Source: Alphaproteobacteria bacterium (GTDB lineage: Bacteria > Pseudomonadota > Alphaproteobacteria > UBA828). Taken from it: 64,000 nucleotides of DNA. Location of the stretch: assembly GCA_965214705.1 (NCBI GenBank), contig OZ243972.1, forward strand, positions 64,001 through 128,000. The letters run 5' to 3'. The first letter of the stretch is position 1, and every line of letters starts with the position of its first letter. The notes beneath the pieces were generated by a model that searched no databases, was not told the origin of the DNA, and was given only the letters and a program-made list of their open reading frames with translations. This document shows positions 10,792-22,194 of the stretch, in pieces. Position numbers and translations under genes: made by a program.

Positions 10792-11895
10792 CTAGGCACG
10801 ACCCAGCGCCTCGCCCGTTTCCGCATCGAACAGGTGGCACTTGCCCGGCGGCAGCACCGCCTTGACCGAGGCGCCAAGCTCGATGCCGTACTGCTTGCCC
10901 TCGGCGATCTTCAGCCGGCGCTCGCCGGCGGCGAGATGGACGATGGTGCGCGGGCCGATGGGTTCGACGAACGTCACGGTCGCCTCGATGCCGGGAGCAG
11001 TATGGCCGGTCGGCTCGATCTCGAGGTCCTCAGGCCGCGCGCCGAAAATCAGCTCGGCATCCCGCGCCGCATCGCAGCGCCGCTTGAGCGCGCCGTCTTC
11101 CACGGCCGCGCTGCCACCTTCGCCGAAATCAAGCGCATAGCTGCCGTCTCCGCCGGAGAGCGTGCACGGCACCAGATTCATGCTGGGGCTGCCCATGAAG
11201 TTGGCGACGAAGACGTTGCGGGGCTCGTTGTAGACCTCGATGGGCGAGCCGTACTGCTGCAGCACGCCCAGGTCCATCACGGCGATCCGGTCGGCGAGGC
11301 TCATCGCCTCGATCTGGTCGTGGGTGACGTAGACCATGGTCTGCTGGAACTGGTGCTGCAGGTGCTTGAGCTCGGTCCGCATGAAGGCCCGGAAGGCTGC
11401 ATCGAGATTACTAAGTGGCTCGTCCAGCAGAAAAATCTCGGGCTCGGTGATGGCCGAGCGGCCGATCGCGACCTTTTGCAGCTCGTTGACGCTGAGCTTG
11501 GCGGTGGGCCAATCGATACGGTCTTCGAGGCGCATAAGCTGAGACATGGCAGCCACGCGGCGCTGGACCTCGGCCTTGGGCACGCCCCGCACCTTGAGTC
11601 CGAACGCCAGATTCTCGCGCACCGAAAGATGGGTGAAGATGGCGTAGTTCTGAAACACGAACCCGACCTTGCGCCGGCTGGCCGGCACCGTGCGCATGTC
11701 TCGGCCATCGAAGAGGATCTGCCCGTCGGACGGCGTCTCGATGCCGGCGATCATGTTCATCGTCGTGGTCTTGCCGCAGCCCGACGGCCCAAGCAGGGCC
11801 ACGAACTCCTTGTCCCTGATTTCAAGATTGAGGGAGGCGACCGCAGTCAGGTCGCCGAAGCGCTTCGTCAGGCTGGCAAGCGTGATTGACGCCAT
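10792..11895 (-). CDS. Carbohydrate-type ABC ATPase (MalK-like, divergent signature)
   Basis: GPSGCGKTT, LSVNELQK in place of LSGGQ, LDEPLSNLD. Confidence 0.9.
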   Translation of the reverse strand: MASITLASLTKRFGDLTAVASLNLEIRDKEFVALLGPSGCGKTTTMNMIAGIETPSDGQILFDGRDMRTVPASRRKVGFVFQNYAIFTHLSVRENLAFGLKVRGVPKAEVQRRVAAMSQLMRLEDRIDWPTAKLSVNELQKVAIGRSAITEPEIFLLDEPLSNLDAAFRAFMRTELKHLQHQFQQTMVYVTHDQIEAMSLADRIAVMDLGVLQQYGSPIEVYNEPRNVFVANFMGSPSMNLVPCTLSGGDGSYALDFGEGGSAAVEDGALKRRCDAARDAELIFGARPEDLEIEPTGHTAPGIEATVTFVEPIGPRTIVHLAAGERRLKIAEGKQYGIELGASVKAVLPPGKCHLFDAETGEALGRA

Positions 11896-11904
11896 GGCTC
11901 TTCT

Positions 11905-13053
11905 CTAATGGCGGCCGCGGGCCTCGATCGGCCAGATGTCGACCAGGGTCTCGCCACGAACGCAGTGGTAGTGGTCATAGAGGTTCACGGTCGGGTCGCA
12001 GTGCGGCACGATGCACTCCAGCGCCGCGCCGATCCTGAGCCGCTCGTTGGCGCTGGCGAAGACGATGCGTCCGTGCTCGTCGCCGAAATTCTCGTAGTGC
12101 GCGCCGATGGGCACGCCGGTGTGGAAACGCGGCAGTGGCCCGTCGGTGGCGAAGCACTTGAGGCCGGCGTCCATGGTCGCGCTGCCGTCGTGGCTCGCGG
12201 AAACCACCGTCGAGCGGACGAAGAGCGCGGGCTCGAAGCGCCACTCGCCGCTATCGCGCGCCTGAACGTCGAGGTACTCGACGTCCATGACCACGTAGGA
12301 GCCGACCTGGAGCTCGGTCATCAGCCCGATCTCCGTGTCGATATCGTGGGTGCCGGTGCCGGCGCCGGTGACGATGGGCACCACGATGCCTTGCCCTACG
12401 AGCCGGTCACGCGCCTCGCGCAGCGGCGCCAGATCGCCGTGGGAGGTCGCGCGGCGGTCGCTAAAATCCTCGATGTGCTGGACGTGCCCGGCATAGCCCT
12501 GAAGCCCGCAGAAACGCAGGCTCTCGCTCGCGTCCGCCACCTCGGCCAGCGCGACCGCCGTCTCCGCGTCGCGCGTGCCGGTGCGGTGCAGCCCGACATC
12601 AACATCGATCACCACGTCCAGCACGAACCCGGACGCGGCCGCAGCGGCTTCGAGGGCGCGCAGGTTATCCATGTCGTCGGCCACCACCATGAGCGATTCG
12701 TGGTCCCGGCGGAGCGCCATGAGGCGATTGATCTTGGCGGGCGCCACGATCGGCGAGGTGATGAGCAGTCCCTCGATCCCGCCTGCCGCCAGCGCCTCCG
12801 CCTCGCCCAGCGTCGCGCAGCAGATGCCCAGCGCACCGGCGTCCAGCTGGCGGCGCGCGATCTGCACGCTCTTGTGGGTCTTGGCGTGAGGGCGGACCGC
12901 GACGCCCTGCTCCGCCGCGTAGGCCGCCATCGTGGCGATGTTGCGCTCCATCGCGTCGAGATCGAGCACGAGAGCGGGCGTGATCAGGCGGGCCCGAGAC
13001 TCGCGCTCGTCGATCAGAGACTCGTTCGGCCCAAGCGCCGCCGACGTGGTCAT
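11905..13053 (-). CDS. DSD1-family PLP enzyme (D-threonine/3-hydroxy-D-aspartate aldolase-like)
   Basis: TPAL, RPHAKTHK PLP lysine, GAGTGT, DEHG, PHCDPTVNL. Confidence 0.85.
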   Translation of the reverse strand: MTTSAALGPNESLIDERESRARLITPALVLDLDAMERNIATMAAYAAEQGVAVRPHAKTHKSVQIARRQLDAGALGICCATLGEAEALAAGGIEGLLITSPIVAPAKINRLMALRRDHESLMVVADDMDNLRALEAAAAASGFVLDVVIDVDVGLHRTGTRDAETAVALAEVADASESLRFCGLQGYAGHVQHIEDFSDRRATSHGDLAPLREARDRLVGQGIVVPIVTGAGTGTHDIDTEIGLMTELQVGSYVVMDVEYLDVQARDSGEWRFEPALFVRSTVVSASHDGSATMDAGLKCFATDGPLPRFHTGVPIGAHYENFGDEHGRIVFASANERLRIGAALECIVPHCDPTVNLYDHYHCVRGETLVDIWPIEARGRH

Positions 13054-14084
13054 TCAAGCCCCCATCGCCTCGCTGTGCTTCCTTGCCCCGCCGCACAGTT
13101 GCGCGGCGGGTGGCACAGTCCGGAGCCTATCATCCGCATACCGGCGCGCCCTGCCAATAGGATATGTTGCACGCGGATGCAGACCGAGCGGACGGAGAGA
13201 ACGCATGAAGGTGGTGATCACGGGGGGCCTGGGCTTTCTCGGGCTGAGACTGGCGCGGACGCTGCTCGACAGGGGAACGCTGACCGGCGCCTCGGGCGAG
13301 CAGGAGTGGATCGACGAGATGATCTTCTTCGATGCCGTCGTGCCCGAGCAACCACCCGCCGGTCTCGACGACGAGCGGGTCTCGCTGGTCGCCGGCGATG
13401 TCTCTGACGGCGATACCGTGCGCGCCCTCATCGCGGGCGACTCCCTCTCGGTCTTCCACTTCGCCTCGGTGGTCAGCGCCGGCGCCGAGCAGGACTTCGA
13501 CCTCGCGCTCGCCGTCAACCTCACCGGCGGCCTCAACGTCCTCGACGCTTGCCGCGCCGCACCGGGCCTGCCGCGCCTCGTCTTCACCAGCAGCATCGCG
13601 GTCTACGGCGGCAGCGCGCTCCCTGAAACCGTCTCCGATATGACCAAGATCACGCCGCAGGGCACCTACGGCGTGACCAAGGTCATCAACGAGCACCTGG
13701 TGGCCGACTATACCCGCAAGGGCTATCTGGATGGCCGCGGTGGCAGGCCGCCCACCGTGATCGTGCGCCCTGGCAAGGTTAAGGGTTGGGCAGGCTCTCT
13801 CTCGAGAGCCTGCCCAACCCTTTTGAACGAAGCCGCGGGCCACGAGAGGCGAAGTTGAGCTATGTGGAAAGTGCGCTGATGTCAGCGTCAGGCGGCATCC
13901 ACCGGCAGCAGAGTTGCGCATAAAATCGACGCTCGCGCCGGTCTTTCGGCAGGCATGCGGGCGCACGCTGCGAGGACTGAGCGGGGTGTGAGCCGAGGGC
14001 TGTCAGCCCGGCTCAAGCGGAGACAGGTTCGGTCGTGCGTCGGCGCTTTGGCGCCGTTGCGCGGGGCCGAAGCGAGCGGGCGTC

Positions 14085-15326
14085 TCACGGTTTCCCCCTG
14101 TGGGTCGGCGGCAGCGCCGGCGGGCCGCGCGTCGAGCGGGGCTCATGGCGGCGGCGGATTTCGCGGACGAGGCGCATGACGCCGCCGCAGTGGGGGCAGG
14201 CCACGGGCGCGGTGCCGATCTCGGGCTCTTCGTCGGGCTCGGCCCGAGCGCCGTCCACGCTTCCCTCGGGGGCGGCGCAGCCGAGGGCGCCGAGAGCCTG
14301 GCGTGCTCTCTCCAGCGTGCTGGCGCGGCAGCCGTTGGCGAGGATGCCGAAGTAGCGAATGCGGTGCATGCCGTCCGGCAGGACGTGCCTCAGGAAGCGG
14401 CGGATGAACTCGTCGGCGCTCACGGTGGCGATGCCGTAGCGCGGCTTTCTCTGCCCCGGCGCCTTGGGCTTTCGGTGGCGGAAGGAGACCGTCTCGCCGT
14501 CGAAGGAGACGATGCGGCTGTCGGAGATGGCGATCCTGTGCGTGTAGTGCGAGAGGTACCGGAAGACCTGCTCAGGCCCGCGGAAGGGCCGCTTGGCGTA
14601 GACCACCCAGTCCCTGGCCCGGGCGGCGGCAAGCGTGGCGTGGAACTCGCCGGGATTGGCGAGGTGGGCGACGGTGCCGTGGAACTCCAGGTCCCCCCGG
14701 CCGTGGGCGCGGGCGAGCTCCTCGAGGAAGAGGCGGCGGAACAGGCTGCCGAGGACCTTGACGGGGGCGAGGAAGGTGGTGCTCCCCGTCTTCCACTCGC
14801 CACTGTCTACGTCGAAGCCCGCGTTGGGCACGACCACGTGCAGGTGCGGGTGGAAGCGGAGCTTCTGATCCCAGGTATGGAGGACCGCGGTGCCGCCGAT
14901 GCGCATGCCGCCGTGGCGGGGATCGGCGGCGATGGTGCGCAGGGTCTCGGCGACGGCCCGGAAGAGGATGTCGAACACCACCCTGCGGTTGCAGAAGGCA
15001 ATGGCGGCAACCTCCTTGGGCAGGGTGAAGACCACATGGAAGTAGGGCACCGGCAGGATGTCCCCGGCGCGCTCCTCGCTCCAGAGGTTGGCGGCGAGAC
15101 CCTGGCAGGTGGGGCAGTGGCGGTTGCGGCAGGAGTTGAAGAGCGGATGCTCGCGCCCGCAGCCCTCGCAGGCGTACATGTGGCCGCCGAGCACGGCGGT
15201 GCGGCACGCCTCGATGGCGCCCATGACCTTGAGCCGGGCGGCGTCGATGCGCCCTTTGTGGCGCTCACGGAAAGCGGCGCCGGCGCGGCGGAAGATCTCC
15301 GCCACGCCCGCGCGTTCGGCCTCCAC
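14085..15326 (-). CDS. IS91-family Y2 HUH transposase
   Basis: Zn-binding SCRNRHCPTCQ, HVVFTLP, HUH motif HPHLH, YLSHY, RIRYFG. Confidence 0.93.
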   Translation of the reverse strand: MEAERAGVAEIFRRAGAAFRERHKGRIDAARLKVMGAIEACRTAVLGGHMYACEGCGREHPLFNSCRNRHCPTCQGLAANLWSEERAGDILPVPYFHVVFTLPKEVAAIAFCNRRVVFDILFRAVAETLRTIAADPRHGGMRIGGTAVLHTWDQKLRFHPHLHVVVPNAGFDVDSGEWKTGSTTFLAPVKVLGSLFRRLFLEELARAHGRGDLEFHGTVAHLANPGEFHATLAAARARDWVVYAKRPFRGPEQVFRYLSHYTHRIAISDSRIVSFDGETVSFRHRKPKAPGQRKPRYGIATVSADEFIRRFLRHVLPDGMHRIRYFGILANGCRASTLERARQALGALGCAAPEGSVDGARAEPDEEPEIGTAPVACPHCGGVMRLVREIRRRHEPRSTRGPPALPPTHRGKP

Positions 15327-15332
15327 GCGCCG

Positions 15333-16211
15333 TCAGTTGCGCAACGCTGCGAAGCCTGAGATCGGGTGGTCGAGGCCCTCGAACATCTTGCCGGTGACGC
15401 GGGCGTAGTGACGGGTCGTGTTCGCGCTTCGATGGCCGAGCATGTCCCGGATCACCTCGATATCGCCGCCGCGCTCGAGGAGATGGGTCGCCGCCGAATG
15501 GCGCAGGCAATGGAAGGTGTAGCTGCGGTCGAGCTCGGCAATGTCGCGCGCCCTCCTGAAGGCGGCCTGCAAGGTCTCCGTTGCGATGGGCCTGTCGAGC
15601 GAGACGCCGTAGAAGAGCCAGTTCGTCGGACGCGGCCAGATGTTCCTGTAGTAGACGCGCAAGTAGTGGATGACGATGTCCGGCAACGGTGCCATTCTCT
15701 CGGTGCCGCCTTTGCCGGAGGGGATGTGCAGCAGCTTCTTCTCCGACAGGATGTCGCCGACCTTGATGGCCAAGGTCTCGGAGATGCGGAGCCCGCCGCC
15801 ATAGCCGGTGACAATGGCAGCACGGTGGCGGAGGTCGGGTGTCGCAAGGATGAGGTGCTCGACCTCCTGCTCCGACATGTAGCGCGGCAGCTTGCCGGGC
15901 TTCTTGCGGGAGCGCAGGCCGGCGACATGGTCAGGCCAGCCGAGTGTGTCGATGTAGAGGAAGTTCAGCGCGGCGAAGGAGACGTTGGTCGTGCCCGGAC
16001 TGAGCCCCTTGTCGATCCGCCCCAGGTACCACTGGCGCACCTGCTCGGCGTCGAGCTCGTCCGGCGAGGCGTCGTAGTACCTGGCCAGGTTCTTGATCTC
16101 GCAGATGTAGGCCTTGGACGTGCTCGCGGCCAGATTGGCGATGCGGAGCTGCTCCTCCATGCGCTGGCGAAGAGGGGTGACGGTGTTCGTGTCGCACGCG
16201 GTCCCGGTCAT
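15333..16211 (-). CDS. Tyrosine recombinase/integrase
   Basis: GLRISE, GKG, HCLRHS, LGH, catalytic Y in TRHYA; N-terminal TPLRQRM typical of IS91-associated integrases. Confidence 0.92.
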   Translation of the reverse strand: MTGTACDTNTVTPLRQRMEEQLRIANLAASTSKAYICEIKNLARYYDASPDELDAEQVRQWYLGRIDKGLSPGTTNVSFAALNFLYIDTLGWPDHVAGLRSRKKPGKLPRYMSEQEVEHLILATPDLRHRAAIVTGYGGGLRISETLAIKVGDILSEKKLLHIPSGKGGTERMAPLPDIVIHYLRVYYRNIWPRPTNWLFYGVSLDRPIATETLQAAFRRARDIAELDRSYTFHCLRHSAATHLLERGGDIEVIRDMLGHRSANTTRHYARVTGKMFEGLDHPISGFAALRN

Positions 16212-16897
16212 TATCGATCTCCCTGGATCGCGACGGCGCGCCGCCGGACCGATCCGGCGACGGTCCGTCGCAGGGGTCGATGCTAACCACTGGTGATCGG
16301 GAGGCTGCTGGGGATCCGCCACCCGACGGGCGGAGCGCCACTGACGCAACCGGGAAGCGAACGCACAGAACAAACGGCACCCGCGACGCCTCGGAAATGA
16401 ATGAACTCTACGCCGCTAACTCCGCGTAGCGGCTTCGTTCAAGCCCAACAAGGCGGCCTCCGGCTTCGCCAGCGGGCTCTTCCGCGAGCCGCTGGCCGGC
16501 ATCGACCACGAGCTCCCAGTGAGTCGGGACACGCGCATCGTCCTCGGCGGCTACCGCACGATCGTCGATAGTCTGGTCGCCCTCCACGAGGTGCCGAGCG
16601 CGGACCTCGGCGACGACCGCACCATCAACCTGCCCTCCTTCTCGGCGACGGCAGGCGAGATGGCGGCGGCGCTGGAGCGCGTGGGCGTGGGCCGCAGGCT
16701 AGGCGCCATCATCGACGCGCCCGATGCGGCGATCCAAAGGCTGGTTGGCTCCTGGCCGGCCTACGCGAAGGCCGACCGCGCGGCCGGCCTCGGCCTGCCC
16801 CAGAACCCGCCGCTCGACGAGGTGGTGCGCCAGTACATCGAGGACTACGTCGACAACTGACCCGCGCCGCACGCTGGCGTCTGGACCCGGCCCTGCC

Positions 16898-16990
16898 GTC
16901 CGTCTCGCACGGTGTCTGCGCCACACAGTGAGACGGACACACAATTTTTCTAGCGAGATGCGCCGGGATTAAGCGGGATAACTGCGATGT
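16898..16990 (+). repeat. Hairpin plus short 10-bp-phased GGGAT array (copy A)
   Basis: GTCCGTCTCGC/GTGAGACGGAC stem, ACAATTTTTC, then GAGAT, GGGAT, GGGAT at 16955, 16965, 16975. Confidence 0.55.
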
Positions 16991-17054
16991 CGTGCGCGCG
17001 CGTCTCACCCGCACCTGAGGGTCGCGGGCGCGGAAAAGTAGCACAACCGACGAT

Positions 17055-17157
17055 CCCACCTCCCCCTGTCCCCCTCCCCCAAAGGTGGAGGGGGGACGTG
17101 GCTGCACCGGCTTGCTCTCCCTCTCCGCCCCCGGGGGCGGAGAGGGCCAGGTGGGGG
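17055..17157. repeat. Pair of REP-like palindromes (CCCTCTCC...GGAGAGGG type)
   Basis: GTCCCCCTCC..GGAGGGGGGAC and CCCTCTCCGCCCCC/GGGGGCGGAGAGGG hairpins between convergent genes. Confidence 0.65.
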
Positions 17158-17261
17158 AGTTCTCTCCTTCTCGCATAGAATGATGGTGATGCGCTGGGCC
17201 GGCGCAGTGCACCGCACGATGGTTCGGAGAGTCTGAAGGGGCGGGGGGTTCCCCGGCGTGT

Positions 17262-18161
17262 CTACGCCGCGGCGCGAATGTCCTCCACCCGCGTGCCGTG
17301 CCAGCCCTCCTCGCGCTTCTGCCAGTAGCGGGACTGGATGCGGCTGGTGACGAGCCCCGCATGGCCGTTGCCGATGGGCTTGTCGCCGAGCCGCACCACC
17401 GGCATCACGCCGCCGGCCGTGGTGCTCGCGAACAGCTCGTCGGCCTCACCAAGCTCCTCCGGCTCCATCCGGCGGTAGGCGAAGGGAATCCCCTCCTCAT
17501 CGCAGAGCTCGGCGACCGCGCGCCGCGTGATTCCCTCCAGCACATTGGCGTCGGGCGACGCTACCGCGCCGTCGCGAACGACGAAGATGTTGTAGCCCGG
17601 CCCTTCGGTGAGCGAGCCGTCGGCGCCCACCAGGATCGCATCGTCGCAGTCGTTGTCGTAGGCCTCGAAGCGGGCCTGCACGAAGTCCGCCCGGTTGTAG
17701 TTCTTGTAGCGGGCGTCGATCGCCTTCGACGAGACCCGCTCGACGCCGCTGAGATAAAGGGCGGCGCCATTGCGGCACTTCTCCTCGCCCCAGATCCAGG
17801 CGTAAGGCGTGGCGTAGGCCACGAATTCGGGGGACCCGAGGCGCGGATCGCGGGTCTGGCTCTGGATTACGCCGCGGGTGAGTTGGATCTTCACGTAGCA
17901 GTTGTCGAGCCCGGTCCGCGCCACGCACTCGGCGAGGATGCCGCGCATCTCGTCTGCGCTGTATGGGTTCTCAAGCCGGAAGCCTTCGCAGGAGCGCTCG
18001 AAGCGCTCCAGGTGCTCGTCCAGCATGAAGAACCAGCCGGCCCAGGTGGAGGTCACGTCGTAAACCGTGTCGCTCCAGACGAAGCCTGCGTCGAAGATCG
18101 ACATCTTGGCGTCCTCGGGCGCGACGTACTCGCCGCCGATGAACACGCATCCCTCGCTCAT
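17262..18161 (-). CDS. PLP fold-type IV aminotransferase (resembles the (R)-amine transaminase clade)
   Basis: DAGFVWSDTVYDV, LDEHLERF, YKNY catalytic Lys, LTEGPGYNIF, LEGITR, STTAGGV. Confidence 0.85.
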   Translation of the reverse strand: MSEGCVFIGGEYVAPEDAKMSIFDAGFVWSDTVYDVTSTWAGWFFMLDEHLERFERSCEGFRLENPYSADEMRGILAECVARTGLDNCYVKIQLTRGVIQSQTRDPRLGSPEFVAYATPYAWIWGEEKCRNGAALYLSGVERVSSKAIDARYKNYNRADFVQARFEAYDNDCDDAILVGADGSLTEGPGYNIFVVRDGAVASPDANVLEGITRRAVAELCDEEGIPFAYRRMEPEELGEADELFASTTAGGVMPVVRLGDKPIGNGHAGLVTSRIQSRYWQKREEGWHGTRVEDIRAAA

Positions 18162-18172
18162 CGCTCTCTCCC

Positions 18173-19012
18173 TCACGAATTCTTCGCCAGCGCGTCGAAG
18201 GCGAGCAGCCGGTCGAGCAGCGCGGGCAGGGCATCCAGTGGCACCATGTTGGGGCCGTCGGAGGGCGCCTCGTCGGGCGCCGGGTGAGTCTCCATAAACA
18301 CCGCCGCGACGCCAACCGCAACCGCCGCCCGCGCCAGCACCGGCACGAACTCCCGCTGCCCGCCGCTCGACGAGCCCTGTCCGCCCGGCTGCTGCACCGA
18401 ATGGGTGGCGTCGAACACCACCGGGCAGCCGGTCTCCGCCAGCAGCGGCAGGCTCCGCATGTCCGAGACCAGTGTGTTGTAGCCGAAGCTCGCCCCCCGC
18501 TCGCACACCAGCACCCGGCGATTGCCGGCGCCGGCGATCTTCGCCACCACGTGGCGCATGTCCCAGGGCGCGAGGAACTGTCCCTTCTTCACGTTGATGG
18601 CCTTGCCGGTCGCCGCCGCCGCCAGCAGCAGGTCCGTCTGGCGGCAGAGGAACGCCGGGATCTGGAGCACGTCCACCGCCTGCGCCACGGCCGCGCACTG
18701 CTCCGGCAGATGCACGTCGGTCAGCACCGGGCAGCCGTGGGCGTCGCGCACCGCCTCCAGAATTGCGAGCCCCTCGTCGATGCCGATGCCGCGCGGGCTC
18801 CCGGCCGAGGTGCGGTTGGCCTTGTCGAAGGAGCTCTTGTAGACGAACGGCATGCCCCGCGCCGCCGTCATCTCCACCAGCGTCTCCGAGACCCGGAGCG
18901 CATGGTCGCGCCCCTCGATGGCGCAGGGGCCCGCGATGAGCGCGAGCGGCAGCGCGTTGCCGACCTCGAAATCGTTGATCGCCACCCGGCCGGAGGCGGG
19001 CGTCTCGCTCAC
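18173..19012 (-). CDS. kdsA: KDO-8-phosphate synthase
   Basis: [37 protein letters not shown]. Confidence 0.97.
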   Translation of the reverse strand: MSETPASGRVAINDFEVGNALPLALIAGPCAIEGRDHALRVSETLVEMTAARGMPFVYKSSFDKANRTSAGSPRGIGIDEGLAILEAVRDAHGCPVLTDVHLPEQCAAVAQAVDVLQIPAFLCRQTDLLLAAAATGKAINVKKGQFLAPWDMRHVVAKIAGAGNRRVLVCERGASFGYNTLVSDMRSLPLLAETGCPVVFDATHSVQQPGGQGSSSGGQREFVPVLARAAVAVGVAAVFMETHPAPDEAPSDGPNMVPLDALPALLDRLLAFDALAKNS

Positions 19013-19030
19013 ATCGCCCTCATTTCGCTC

Positions 19031-20665
<1,635 letters not shown>

Positions 20666-20785
20666 CTACCTTATCAAACGCACCCGAGTCGCCACCACCC
20701 GTCTGTAGATTATTTGGTTCGTTTCGCCAGCCCCGCTAGGGCTTCGGCGTTGTAACCTGAAGCGCCGTCAAGGCGGCGCGGCCCC

Positions 20786-21157
20786 TCACTCAGCGCGGGG
20801 GACGGCCGGGCGGTCGTCCTCAAGCAGGTCCAGCGGCTCGATATCGGTGGGCAGGTCGAGCTCGCCCGGCAGGGGGAGGTCGTCCTCGATGATCAGCGGA
20901 TCTTCTTCCACGGTATCCAGCACCGATTCCTTCTCGGACCAGCTGCCGGAGAGAATAGCCAATACCAGGCTCAGGATCATGAAGGCCGCTGCCAGTCCCG
21001 CCGTCGCGCGCGTCAGCAGGTTGGCCGTGCCGCGCGCCGAGAACATCGCACCGGGGCCGCCGATGCCGAGCGCACCGCCCTCGCTCCGCTGAAGCAGCAC
21101 GAGCCCGATCATCGCAATCGCGATGATGATCAGGATCACGAGCAAAATCGTTTCCAC
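20786..21157 (-). CDS. secG: Preprotein translocase subunit SecG
   Basis: VLLQRSEGGALG, NLLTRAT, two TM segments; tpiA-secG-pyrG synteny. Confidence 0.93.
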   Translation of the reverse strand: METILLVILIIIAIAMIGLVLLQRSEGGALGIGGPGAMFSARGTANLLTRATAGLAAAFMILSLVLAILSGSWSEKESVLDTVEEDPLIIEDDLPLPGELDLPTDIEPLDLLEDDRPAVPRAE

Positions 21158-21188
21158 TGCCGCTCCTCGCCGCTAATTCCGGGCGGAT

Positions 21189-21941
21189 TCAGCGGCACGC
21201 CTGACAAATCTGCCAGAACGTGTCCGCAGAGAGACTAGCACCGCCGACCAGCACACCGTCGACACCCGGCGCGGCCATGATCTCCCCCGCCTTCCGCGCC
21301 GTGACGGAGCCGCCATATAGCACGCGGAGCGCCGCACCGCTCCCTGAAAATCGCCTCTCCCAGCCGGCGCGCACCTCGGCGTGTGCCGCCTCGATGTCGG
21401 CCGGGGCCGGCGTGCGGCCGGTGCCGATGGCCCAGACCGGCTCGTAGGCGATCGCGGTGTTGTCGGTCGTCGAGCCGTCGGGCAGCGAGCGCTCGACCTG
21501 GCGGCCGATCACCGCGAGCGCCCGCCCGTCGTCGCGGTCGACCGCGCTCTCGCCGACGCAGACGATGGCGGCGAGCCCCGCCGCATGGGCCGCTGCCGCC
21601 TTGCCCGCCACCGTCTCGTCCGCCTCGCCGTGGCCGGCGCGGCGCTCCGAATGGCCGACGATGACGTAGGCGCAGCCGGCATCGGCGAGCATCGGCGCGC
21701 TCACGTCGCCGGTGTGCGCGCCCTCCGGCGTGGCGTGGCAATCCTGCCCGCCGAGCTCGATCTGCGAGCCCGCGAACACGGCCCTGAGCGCGAAAAGCAG
21801 CGTGGCCGGCGGGCAAACCACGATATCGCCGCCGCAATTGCCGCCCGCCGCGTGGCCGGCGAGCGCACTGGCGCGCGCGAGGCCGTCGGCATGGAGGCCG
21901 TTCATCTTCCAATTGGCCACGAAGAGCGGTCGGGGTGGCAT
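21189..21941 (-). CDS. tpiA: Triosephosphate isomerase
   Basis: NWKMNG, GHSERR, AYEPVWAIGTG, LVGGASL. Confidence 0.97.
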   Translation of the reverse strand: MPPRPLFVANWKMNGLHADGLARASALAGHAAGGNCGGDIVVCPPATLLFALRAVFAGSQIELGGQDCHATPEGAHTGDVSAPMLADAGCAYVIVGHSERRAGHGEADETVAGKAAAAHAAGLAAIVCVGESAVDRDDGRALAVIGRQVERSLPDGSTTDNTAIAYEPVWAIGTGRTPAPADIEAAHAEVRAGWERRFSGSGAALRVLYGGSVTARKAGEIMAAPGVDGVLVGGASLSADTFWQICQACR

Positions 21942-22194
21942 GAGCGCGGGCTGCGGTTGTGGGTGTTTGCGCCTCTTCCCCTGTACATAAGTGCAGGCTG
22001 CGGGCGAGGCCACCCCGCTCTATCACGGCCCGCGAGGATGGGCTAGGCGCCGAGGGCAGGACGGCGGAGTAGCGAGATCGTGAACGGAACGACAGGTTGC
22101 GTGTTGCCCGGTGCGCACAGGCGCTCCTATTATCCGGCGCAACGCGCACCCCGCGCTGGCTCGGGTGCGCCTCCACCATGCGACGGGTTCCGCA

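Larger units (their letters stand above)
13778..16443 (-). mobile_element. IS91-like rolling-circle element with upstream tyrosine recombinase (2666 bp)
   Basis: Splits denD cleanly; CAAG at both junctions; 19-bp-stem hairpin at 13781-13822; 14-bp inverted repeats at 13823-13836 and 16429-16442. Confidence 0.88.
13205..16860 (+). pseudogene. denD: D-erythronate dehydrogenase-like extended SDR interrupted by an insertion (pieces 13205-13777 and 16444-16860)
   Basis: ITGGLGFLG, YGVTK; ...VRPGK | PNKAASGFASGLFREPLAG rejoins in frame when 13778-16443 is removed. Confidence 0.8.

Noticed and set aside
13774-13777. CAAG as a classical target-site duplication
   Set aside because: IS91-type elements do not duplicate targets; one CAAG is better read as the element's own end, although this cannot be resolved from one copy
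15333-16211. Integron integrase serving the attC-like site
   Set aside because: No IntI-specific insertion is evident and the gene lies inside the IS91-like element
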